Shown: positions 16,318 through 23,394 of the stretch, one piece after another | Layout: the number at the start of each line of letters is the position of its first letter | Numbering within the stretch: the stretch's first letter is position 1 | NCBI GenBank assembly: GCA_963718915.1 | Contig: CAVRAI010000004.1 | Span: 390,001 to 422,000, forward strand | From: an uncultured Chloroflexia bacterium | GTDB taxonomy: Bacteria > Chloroflexota > Ktedonobacteria > Ktedonobacterales > JADMIN01 | Direction: 5' to 3' | DNA: 32,000 nt | Translations under genes and position numbers: made by a program | The notes under the pieces: generated by a model | Database searches by the model: none | Told to the model about the DNA's origin: nothing | What the model saw: the letters and a program-made list of their open reading frames with translations, nothing else

Positions 16318-17805
16318 ATGCCACTCTCGCCATCCCCGTTGCTCCCCGGCACGTCGCCGCTCCCAGCGCCGGGACGCCGCCCCCCAGGACGACGGGCGCT
16401 GAGCATGGGTGCTTTGGTGGCTATCCCGCTCCTGGTCGTGTTTCTGGCAGGCGGACAGTTTGTTCTTCCCCACATCCTGTTTCTAGCGCCAGGGATGTTG
16501 GCACAGACGGGCAACTCACCGAACGGGCAGTTGAGCAATAGCGCGCCCTTTCAGGGTTTTACCATGATGTGGACGCGCCGCAATACAGGGGGTGGCTTCG
16601 ATACCGAGGCTTCGCTGGACAATATGACGTTCGAGGCGAAGACGTTCCACATGAACACGGTCATTATCCCGGTGGTGGCTGATATGCCGACGCGCAGTGC
16701 GAGCACAATCGCGTGGCATCCGACTGACAAGGGCGATAAAGATACCTTTGACGACAGCATATACATCCGCGCGATCAACGATGCGAAGAAGGCGGGTCTG
16801 GTACCGATTCTGGAACTCCAGGTCCGCCAGCAGGATCAGTTGAGTACGACTACAGGCGGTGTCAACGAGACGAGCCAGCTCGTTGGGGTAGCGTGGTCGA
16901 ACCTGACCTCGAACTTCAACATTTATGGTGAGAAAGATCCGATTGGTGTGCTGGAGCACAAGTGGTTTGATAACTATACACAGTTCGCGGTGCATTTTGC
17001 GCAAATCTCTGAACAGAACCATCTGCCCTATTTCATCATTGGCGACCAACTGACCAACACTGCGGAGGACACGGCGCGAACGACCGCCAAGGCTGACCCC
17101 AACGGTATTGATCGCGGCGTGCCGGGTGAGTCGTTTCCCAATTGCACGGGTCGGCGCGACTGTGGCTGGCGGCATGTGATCCATGCGCTGCGTTCGCCCA
17201 CCTATGCGACCTTCATTGGCCACACGTCACAGACGAAGGGCGGCGGATACACTGGCAAGTTGATCTATGCCGCATCGTGGGGCGGAGCCTCTGAAGGCGC
17301 CACGAGCAGCGAGTTTGACCATATCACCTGGTGGGACGCGGTGGATTACATCGGCGTTGATGCCTACTTCCCGCTGACGCAGAATGCCGATGTCGGTGTG
17401 ACTGACCTGGTGAATGCATGGAATGGTAAAGGGCTGGATCTTCAGGGCAATGGCGATATCTACAGCAAGTTGGAAAAACTCGCCTCAACGTTCAGTCGTC
17501 CGATTCTCTTCACCGGTGCAGGCTACGTCAGCGCGGCAGGCGCGAATGGCGACCCGCTGGGCGCGTCATCGGATAGTCCCGATCAGAACGAACAACTCAA
17601 CGACATGCAGGCGCTATTCCAGGTCTTTTCCGCCGCGCCTTTCTGGCAGGGCGCTATCTGGTACGCCGACCAGCCACTCACCGCGCGGAGCGCTCGTAGC
17701 GACTGGGCGTCAAGCAGCTACTGGGGCGGCGATACGTTGAAGGATAGCAAGCTGGCTGGCCAGTGGCTGGCGCAATACTATACGGCGAGTCCACTCCACC
17801 CATAG
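16318..17805 (+). CDS. Membrane-anchored or secreted protein with a TIM-barrel glycoside-hydrolase-like region (function uncertain)
   Basis: A strong SD (AGGAGGA) lies 7 nt upstream of the ATG. The N-terminus is Pro-rich with one hydrophobic helix (ALVAIPLLVVFLAGG). The rest shows motifs reminiscent of clan GH-A barrels (VPILELQ, YFIIGDQ, WWDAVDYIGVDAYFPL, PILFTGAGY). The family was not identified. Confidence 0.5.
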   Translation: MPLSPSPLLPGTSPLPAPGRRPPGRRALSMGALVAIPLLVVFLAGGQFVLPHILFLAPGMLAQTGNSPNGQLSNSAPFQGFTMMWTRRNTGGGFDTEASLDNMTFEAKTFHMNTVIIPVVADMPTRSASTIAWHPTDKGDKDTFDDSIYIRAINDAKKAGLVPILELQVRQQDQLSTTTGGVNETSQLVGVAWSNLTSNFNIYGEKDPIGVLEHKWFDNYTQFAVHFAQISEQNHLPYFIIGDQLTNTAEDTARTTAKADPNGIDRGVPGESFPNCTGRRDCGWRHVIHALRSPTYATFIGHTSQTKGGGYTGKLIYAASWGGASEGATSSEFDHITWWDAVDYIGVDAYFPLTQNADVGVTDLVNAWNGKGLDLQGNGDIYSKLEKLASTFSRPILFTGAGYVSAAGANGDPLGASSDSPDQNEQLNDMQALFQVFSAAPFWQGAIWYADQPLTARSARSDWASSSYWGGDTLKDSKLAGQWLAQYYTASPLHP

Positions 17806-17829
17806 CAGCGTGAGCAACGTCGGGTGGCG

Positions 17830-18462
17830 TTAGCTCTGCGCGCCGAACCGGCGAGTAGCCTCACGGCGCCAGGCGTCGGACAGCGCTTTGATCTCTATCG
17901 GCAGACCAGCGACCATCAGCACTACCGTATCGGCCTGCGCGGCCAGGCGCGCGTTGACGCGCCCGAGGCAGTCGCGATAGACGCGCCCCAATGGATAGGG
18001 CGGGACGATCCCCATGCCCACCTCATTGGAAATGAGGATGAGTGTGGACGAGTGCGCTCGCCAGGTATCCAACAGGTCGTCGATGGCGCTGTCCACCAGG
18101 GCCAGCGCCGCCTCGCTCGCGAAGCCCGTCTCGTCGAGCTCATCGTGGTCGTCCACATTGGCGAGCAGCAGATTGGCGACGAGCAGCGTCACGCAGTCGA
18201 GGAGCGCCACGGGCGCGGTATTGGTATGCAGGGCGCTCGCGGGATTGTGTGGCTCCTCCACGGTGAGCCAGTGTGGTGGGCGGCTTGCCTGATGGCGCGC
18301 GATTCGCTGGCGCATCTCGTCGTCAGCGGCGGTTGCGGTGGCGATATACAGCACAGGCGCCTCCCCGGCCAGTTGTGCTGCCAGCGTCTCACCATAGGCG
18401 CTCTTGCCACTACGCGCGCCGCCGAGTAGCAGTATCAACCGTGGCGTGGCCTGGGTTGTCAT
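17830..18462 (-). CDS. cobU: Bifunctional adenosylcobinamide kinase / adenosylcobinamide-phosphate guanylyltransferase (CobU/CobP)
   Basis: P-loop LILLLGGARSGKS, then VLYIATA and RIARHQASRPPHWLTVEEP, typical of CobU. The start is set at ATG 18462, 4 nt after the upstream gene's stop. In-frame alternatives at 18480 and 18486 would overlap it. Confidence 0.85.
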   Translation of the reverse strand: MTTQATPRLILLLGGARSGKSAYGETLAAQLAGEAPVLYIATATAADDEMRQRIARHQASRPPHWLTVEEPHNPASALHTNTAPVALLDCVTLLVANLLLANVDDHDELDETGFASEAALALVDSAIDDLLDTWRAHSSTLILISNEVGMGIVPPYPLGRVYRDCLGRVNARLAAQADTVVLMVAGLPIEIKALSDAWRREATRRFGAQS

Positions 18463-18466
18463 GGGT

Positions 18467-19066
18467 TCATCCACTCTCATTGCCATTCGACGTCAGCGCC
18501 CGCGCAATCCCCGCATGGAGTGTCGCGGCGTCAGTCTCGCCTGTCCAGATCGCGCGCACGATGCCACGTCCGTCGATCAGCACCAGCGAGGGGTAGTAGG
18601 CGATCCCATAGCGCGCGGCAACCTGGCCATCGGTGTCCAGCAGCACCGGATCGGTGATAGCGAGGCGCTGCATCATCAGGTTGGGGAGATTTGGCAGCTC
18701 AGATGGCGAGTCAATATAGACGGTGTGTAGCGCTGGGAATCCAGCGGTGACGGCGTGAGTGGACTGCATTTGCAGCAGGCAATGCGTGCAGAGTGTGTAG
18801 AAAAAGACCAGTAGTGTCGGTTTGCCTGTGGCAGGCGCGAAGGTAGCGGGCGCTGGCAACTGGACGCCGGCCCGCTCGGCGGGCAGCGCAAACGCTATTG
18901 CAGGCCGATTGATATGGTGCTGTGTCGCCGTCGCTGAAGGCGCGGTGGCGCGGAAGGCGACCACTAGCACGATGGCCAGCAATGCCGATGCCAGCATCCC
19001 ACCGCGAAGCGTCTGTGAAACGGTAGGTGGTGATTTCCGCATGTGCGCCGTAAATGAGTCGATCAT
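18467..19066 (-). CDS. Membrane-anchored thioredoxin-fold thiol-disulfide oxidoreductase (TlpA/ResA-like)
   Basis: One N-terminal TM helix (MLASALLAIVLVVAF) and a CxxC motif in LLVFFYTLCTHCLLQ. The C-terminal fold signature is YGIAYYPSLVLIDGRG. Confidence 0.75.
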   Translation of the reverse strand: MIDSFTAHMRKSPPTVSQTLRGGMLASALLAIVLVVAFRATAPSATATQHHINRPAIAFALPAERAGVQLPAPATFAPATGKPTLLVFFYTLCTHCLLQMQSTHAVTAGFPALHTVYIDSPSELPNLPNLMMQRLAITDPVLLDTDGQVAARYGIAYYPSLVLIDGRGIVRAIWTGETDAATLHAGIARALTSNGNESG

Positions 19067-19341
19067 ACTGTCCTGTGATTCGAGTCTCGCCGCGAGTGAA
19101 TGTCCCTGTCCTGGTAGAGAGCACAGGCCGGACGGCTTTCTTACAGGCTATACGCCGGACATGATTTTACCACGTTGTGGCGGCGCGCCGAGTGGCAGTA
19201 GCACCGTTGCTGACGTGGCCCAATGGTTCCAGCACGATAGTATGATAGCGGCGCCTGTGCTATACTTGGCTCTCGAAGCAGCCGCATGGTGAGTTTCGGG
19301 CGAATTCTGGCGGAGTGGTGTGGCCGAGAGGAGCAGACGCG

Positions 19342-19818
19342 ATGCGGGGTCGCAGTGAGCGGTATCAGCAATGGGATGACGATCAGGGTTACGCTGACAA
19401 TGGCGAATCCTACGGATACGGCGAGCAGGGCTACGCGAATGCCGACTATGACCAGAATGGCCAGTACGGCGACTATGACCAGTATGATGATAATGACATG
19501 TATGCACAGGATGATGGACGCGGCCTCGTGCTCCAGCGGGAACAATCGCTGGTTGGCGTATCCAGCACGGTGACATCGCATGGCGTGCCACTGCTCTCCT
19601 ATACCCGCACGATGAACCGCTTTTACACCAGCCGCAAGCAGAAACTGAGTCTCTATCGCTTCAAGTGCGAGGTCTGTGGCGAGCGGATTCGTGGGTGGGC
19701 ATGGCAGACGCCGAATGGCAACCGCACCCATGACGGCTGCTATGAGCGCCTCGCCTGGATGTGGACAAATCTCTATGCCCAGCAGCAGCGCCTTGCCAAT
19801 GAGGGTCGCCTCGACTAA
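19342..19818 (+). CDS. Hypothetical protein: acidic D/Y/Q/G-rich N-terminus plus small C-x2-C...H-x2-C C-terminal domain
   Basis: ATG 19342 lies behind GAGAGGAG. G/C-ending codons are favoured through most of this frame, although the D/Y/N-rich stretch often uses T-ending ones. The C-terminal half is non-repetitive (FKCEVCGERIRGWAWQTPNGNRTHDGCYERLAWMW). The larger antisense ORF 19141..19944 translates to runs of I/V/L mirroring the D/Y codons and is rejected. Confidence 0.55.
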   Translation: MRGRSERYQQWDDDQGYADNGESYGYGEQGYANADYDQNGQYGDYDQYDDNDMYAQDDGRGLVLQREQSLVGVSSTVTSHGVPLLSYTRTMNRFYTSRKQKLSLYRFKCEVCGERIRGWAWQTPNGNRTHDGCYERLAWMWTNLYAQQQRLANEGRLD

Positions 19819-19899
19819 CGCTTCCTGCCAGAAGTTCGCGTTTTCTGACTCCCTGTCCGCGCAGGCCAACAGCACATCCCTACTCCACGCGCCGGGCGC

Positions 19900-19923
19900 G
19901 TGATACACTGGGTGGTACACTGT
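19900..19923 (+). repeat. Tandem 12-bp direct repeat upstream of accC
   Basis: GTGATACACTGG (19900-19911) is followed immediately by GTGGTACACTGT (19912-19923), 10 of 12 identical. Each copy contains a TGnTACACT extended -10-like element. The pair lies about 100 bp upstream of the accC ATG. Confidence 0.6.
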
Positions 19924-20024
19924 GGCCAAATGCCCTGATTGCAAGCGCGGGCACGGGGTCTCTTTGTGCGTCTGGGCGAATCCAATTCTGTACGAGATGT
20001 TAAGAGACGAGGCACGAGGAATAC

Positions 20025-21380
20025 ATGTTCAATAAGGTGCTGATCGCCAATCGAGGCGAGATTGCATTGCGGGTGATACGCGCCTGTCGCGAATTAGGCG
20101 TGAGCACGGTCATCGCCTATTCCGAGGCGGACAAGGATTCCCTGCCTGTTCGCCTTGCCGATGAGCGCATCTGTATCGGCCCTGGCCCCAGCAGCAAAAG
20201 CTATCTTCACATCCCCAACCTCATTAGCGCGGCCATGCTCACTGGCTCCGAAGCGATCCACCCCGGCTATGGCTTCCTCTCTGAAAATCCCAGTTTTGCC
20301 GAGATCTGCGCGGATTGCGGCATCGTCTTTATCGGGCCGCCACCCGCCGCAATGGTGCAGATGGGCGACAAAGTTCAGGCGCGCGACGCGATGATGCGCG
20401 GCGGGCTACCGATGCTGCCGGGTACTGATGTACTGCGTTCGGTGGGTGAGGGCGTGGCGGCTGCCTCGCGGATTGGTTTCCCGCTTATGCTGAAGGCGGC
20501 GGCGGGCGGCGGCGGGCGTGGCATCCGGCTGGTGCGGCGTCTTGAGGAGTTCGACCACGTCTTTACCACGGCGCAGAGTGAGGTACGCGAGGCCTTTCAT
20601 GATGACGGTCTCTACCTCGAAAAGTATCTGGGACAGGCAAAGCACGTTGAGGTGCAGGTGCTCTGTGACAACTACGGCAATGGGGTGTATCTGGGCGAGC
20701 GCAACTGTTCGGTGCAGCGGCGCCATCAGAAGTTAATCGAGGAATCGCCTAGCCCCGGCTTGCCAGAGGCGCTCCGGCGCGAGATGGGCCAGCGAGCCAT
20801 CGCGGCGGCGCTGGCTATTGGCTATCGCGGGGTCGGCACGCTCGAGTTCCTGGTCGACGAAAGCAACAACTACTATTTTATGGAGATGAACACGCGTCTC
20901 CAGGTGGAGCATCCTGTCACGGAGTGGGTGACGAGCATCGATCTCGTGCAGGCCCAGCTGCGCGTCGCCGCGGGTGAGCCGCTCTGGTTCGGCCAGAAAG
21001 ACGTGGTCTTGCGCGGACACTCCATTGAGTTCCGTATCACCGCCGAAGACCCGTCGTATGACTTCCGCCCGCAGACTGGTACCATCGAGAAATACCTGCC
21101 GCCGAGTGGTCCAGGCACGCGCGTCGATTCGCACCTGTTTGTCGGCTACGATGTGCCGCCACATTACGACTCGTTGCTGGCGAAGCTGATTGTTTGGGCG
21201 CCGTCGCGTCTGGAGGCCATCGCACGCGGCAAACGCGCACTGGGCGAATTCGAGATCGAAGGGGTTCCGACGACGATACCCTTCCATCTCAAACTTCTGG
21301 AGCATGACACGTTCGTGCGTGGAGTGGCGTATACAAACTTCCTGGCGGATCATGGCGAGGAATTCGGCATCAAGGGCTGA
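20025..21380 (+). CDS. accC: Acetyl-CoA carboxylase, biotin carboxylase subunit
   Basis: 451 aa. MFNKVLIANRGEIALRVIRACRELG, the ATP-grasp glycine loop GGGGRGIR and EMNTRLQVEHPVTE are present, and length is canonical. Confidence 0.95.
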   Translation: MFNKVLIANRGEIALRVIRACRELGVSTVIAYSEADKDSLPVRLADERICIGPGPSSKSYLHIPNLISAAMLTGSEAIHPGYGFLSENPSFAEICADCGIVFIGPPPAAMVQMGDKVQARDAMMRGGLPMLPGTDVLRSVGEGVAAASRIGFPLMLKAAAGGGGRGIRLVRRLEEFDHVFTTAQSEVREAFHDDGLYLEKYLGQAKHVEVQVLCDNYGNGVYLGERNCSVQRRHQKLIEESPSPGLPEALRREMGQRAIAAALAIGYRGVGTLEFLVDESNNYYFMEMNTRLQVEHPVTEWVTSIDLVQAQLRVAAGEPLWFGQKDVVLRGHSIEFRITAEDPSYDFRPQTGTIEKYLPPSGPGTRVDSHLFVGYDVPPHYDSLLAKLIVWAPSRLEAIARGKRALGEFEIEGVPTTIPFHLKLLEHDTFVRGVAYTNFLADHGEEFGIKG

Positions 21381-21448
21381 AACTGCCTGAAGCACGCTGG
21401 GAAGGGGAAATCCTCCGGACGCTTGAAGCAATTTGATACAATAGCGTA

Positions 21449-21466
21449 TGCCACAGCGTGCCACAG
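21449..21466 (+). repeat. Direct repeat TGCCACAG x2 with 10-bp period upstream of fabF
   Basis: TGCCACAG occurs at 21449-21456 and 21459-21466, separated by CG, about 85 bp upstream of the fabF ATG. Confidence 0.6.
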
Positions 21467-21550
21467 GCGCGATGGCCAGACAATCAAAACAACTTGCCTG
21501 CTCTGTCTCTGGGTAGAGCGCGAACAGACTTGCTGAGAGGTGGCAATCTT

Positions 21551-22786
21551 ATGACCAGGCGCGTCGTAGTGACCGGCATCGGGCTGGTTTCGCCCGTTGG
21601 CAACGATACCCCATCTACCTGGAAATCGCTCTGCGAGGGCGTCTCTGGCGGAGGCATGATTACCGCCTTCGACGCCAGCGACCAGGAAACGCGTATCGCC
21701 TGCGAATTGAAGGGGTTTGATCCATCGCCGTACATGGATCGCAAGGAGATTCGGCGTAACGACCGCTTTGTGCATTATGCGATGGCCGCGAGTGCGCAGG
21801 CGCTGGCTGACGCCGAGTTCACAGTCAATGACGAGAACGCTGAAGATGTCGGCGTTATCATTGGTTCTGGCATCGGTGGCCTTGCGACATGCCACGACCA
21901 GTTCAAGGTGCTCTTTGACCGCGGACCCGACCGGGTCAGCCCGTTCTTCATCACGATGTTCATCACCGACATCGCGGCAGGGTATATCTCAATGCAGACT
22001 GGCGCGAAGGGGCCAAACTTCGCCACGGTCTCGGCCTGCGCCACCAGCGCAAATGCGATTGGTGAGGCGGCGGAGATTATCCGGCGCGGTGATGCGGTCG
22101 CAATGATCGCGGGCGGCAGTGAATGTGGCATTACCCCGATGGGTATCGCGTCGTTCGCGAGCATGCATGCCCTCTCGCGGAGCAATGACGACCCGGTGCA
22201 TGCCAGTCGCCCGTTCGACGCAACGCGCAATGGCTTTGTTATGGGCGAAGGGTCGGGCGTGCTGATCCTGGAAGACGAGGAGTACGCCCGCAAGCGTGGC
22301 GCGCGCATCTATGCGGAGATCGTCAGCTATGCCAGTACCGCCGACGCACACCATATCACCGAGCCAGCTCCTGGCGGCGAGGGCCTGGTGCGTGCCATTC
22401 GCAAGGCGCTGAAGAAGGGCGGTATCGCTCCCGATCAGGTGGACTACGTCAACGCGCACGGCACGGCGACAGTCTATAACGACCGCAACGAGACACAGGC
22501 GATCAAGACGGTCTTCGGTGATCACGCGCGCAAGTTGGAGATCAGCTCGACGAAGTCCATGATCGGTCACACGCTCGGCGCTGCTGGCGGTATCGAGGCG
22601 GCGGTGACAGCGCTCTCGCTACATACTGGCATAATCACGCCGACAATCAACCTTGAGCATCCCGACCCGGAATGCGACCTGGACTATGTGCCTAATGAGG
22701 CGCGAACAACCCATCCGCAGATTGCCATCTCCAACTCGATGGGCTTTGGCGGACATAATGCGGTACTGGTCATGCGTCGCTACTAG
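21551..22786 (+). CDS. fabF: Beta-ketoacyl-ACP synthase II
   Basis: MTRRVVVTGIGLVSPVGN at the N-terminus, active-site Cys in SACATSANAIG, then NAHGTAT and GHTLGAAG. ATG 21551 lies behind GAGAGGTGG; the track start at 21458 adds 31 non-homologous codons. Confidence 0.9.
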   Translation: MTRRVVVTGIGLVSPVGNDTPSTWKSLCEGVSGGGMITAFDASDQETRIACELKGFDPSPYMDRKEIRRNDRFVHYAMAASAQALADAEFTVNDENAEDVGVIIGSGIGGLATCHDQFKVLFDRGPDRVSPFFITMFITDIAAGYISMQTGAKGPNFATVSACATSANAIGEAAEIIRRGDAVAMIAGGSECGITPMGIASFASMHALSRSNDDPVHASRPFDATRNGFVMGEGSGVLILEDEEYARKRGARIYAEIVSYASTADAHHITEPAPGGEGLVRAIRKALKKGGIAPDQVDYVNAHGTATVYNDRNETQAIKTVFGDHARKLEISSTKSMIGHTLGAAGGIEAAVTALSLHTGIITPTINLEHPDPECDLDYVPNEARTTHPQIAISNSMGFGGHNAVLVMRRY

Positions 22787-22808
22787 GGTGAAAAGACCTC
22801 TCCCCCTA

Positions 22809-22831
22809 CCCCTCCCCGGCGCGGGGAGGGG
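22809..22831 (+). terminator. GC-rich hairpin between fabF and accB (possible terminator or attenuator)
   Basis: CCCCTCCCCG (22809-22818) pairs with CGGGGAGGGG (22822-22831), a 10-bp stem with a 3-nt loop. It starts 23 nt after the fabF stop. No U-tract follows. Confidence 0.35.
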
Positions 22832-22904
22832 TCGCAGGTCGGGAGTAGAGACTAAAGAATAATAGGTACGTTCGGCTATGCTGGTGAAATAGAGGAGGCG
22901 ACCT

Positions 22905-23375
22905 ACGGAACGTCAATCGCTTGTCAGCCGGGTAAAGGCGCTGGCCGAGGCGCTCGAAGGCACCGACGTCAGTGAGCTAGACCTCACCGAGGACGGCGTG
23001 CGCATTGCGCTACGGCGTCGCCTTGATGCGCCTGTCTTTATTCCGACAGCGCAGGTTGTCACTACCACGCGCGCGCCGCGCCCACAGCGGGCCGAACCAG
23101 CCGCGTCCGCAACGGCGCCCAACCCGGCCGACGCGGGCGTCGCGGTCATCGCGCCACTCACCGGAGTGTTTTACACCGCGTCGTCACCCAGCGCCGAGCC
23201 GTTTGCCGAAGTCGGTAAGATGGTGCAGGCGGGGCAGATCGTGTGCATCGTCGAGGCGATGAAGGTCTTCAACGAGATCAAAAGCGAGGTGTCGGGCATC
23301 ATCGCCTCGATTCCGGCGCAAAATGGCCAGTTAGTCCAGAAGGGCGACGCGCTCGTGCGGGTCAAGCCGCTCTAA
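22905..23375 (+). CDS. accB: Acetyl-CoA carboxylase biotin carboxyl carrier protein (start codon uncertain, possibly non-canonical)
   Basis: The C-terminal biotinyl domain has VCIVEAMKVFNEIKSEVSG. The frame is open from 22893, and the upstream translation SLVSRVKALAEALEGTDVSELDLTEDGVRIALRR matches the conserved BCCP N-terminus. The first canonical start is GTG 22998. The 5' end is placed at ACG 22905, 6 nt after GGAGG (22894-22898). Confidence 0.8.
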   Translation, partial: TERQSLVSRVKALAEALEGTDVSELDLTEDGVRIALRRRLDAPVFIPTAQVVTTTRAPRPQRAEPAASATAPNPADAGVAVIAPLTGVFYTASSPSAEPFAEVGKMVQAGQIVCIVEAMKVFNEIKSEVSGIIASIPAQNGQLVQKGDALVRVKPL

Positions 23376-23394
23376 TACCCGGAATGTTGCCCTC

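Noticed and set aside
15160-17805. Xer-like recombinase as the marker of an integrated mobile element
   Set aside because: No flanking direct repeats, tRNA target, phage or transposon genes, or compositional shift were seen. Neighbours are tex and a co-directional envelope protein gene.
16318-17805. Idea that the TIM-barrel-like protein has lost its catalytic nucleophile (LFTGAGY where clan GH-A has TExG)
   Set aside because: The family assignment itself is uncertain, and the column assignment was made by eye only. This is not solid enough to report as a finding.
17824-18429. 201-aa plus-strand ORF
   Set aside because: It is antisense to cobU, which has a clear P-loop and family motifs.
19067-19341. 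Possible cobalamin riboswitch upstream of the tlpA-like/cobU operon
   Set aside because: The minus strand has a B12-box-like AAGCCGUCCGGCCUGUGC, a GCCACU, a GGUAAAAUCA, and an 8-bp long-range pairing (GCACAGGC at 19260-19253 with GCCUGUGC at 19128-19121). However, the core elements (GGGAA, GGUGnAAnUCC, CCCGCnACUGU) are absent or out of canonical order. A covariance-model scan would decide; I do not call it.
19141-19944. 267-aa minus-strand ORF overlapping the D/Y-rich gene
   Set aside because: Its hydrophobic core (IIIILVIVAVLAILVIVGI...) is simply the reverse complement of GAT/GAC/TAT/TAC codon runs. The plus-strand frame has the SD and a non-repetitive C-terminal domain.
20733-21464. 243-aa minus-strand ORF
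   Set aside because: It is antisense to accC, which is a certain call.
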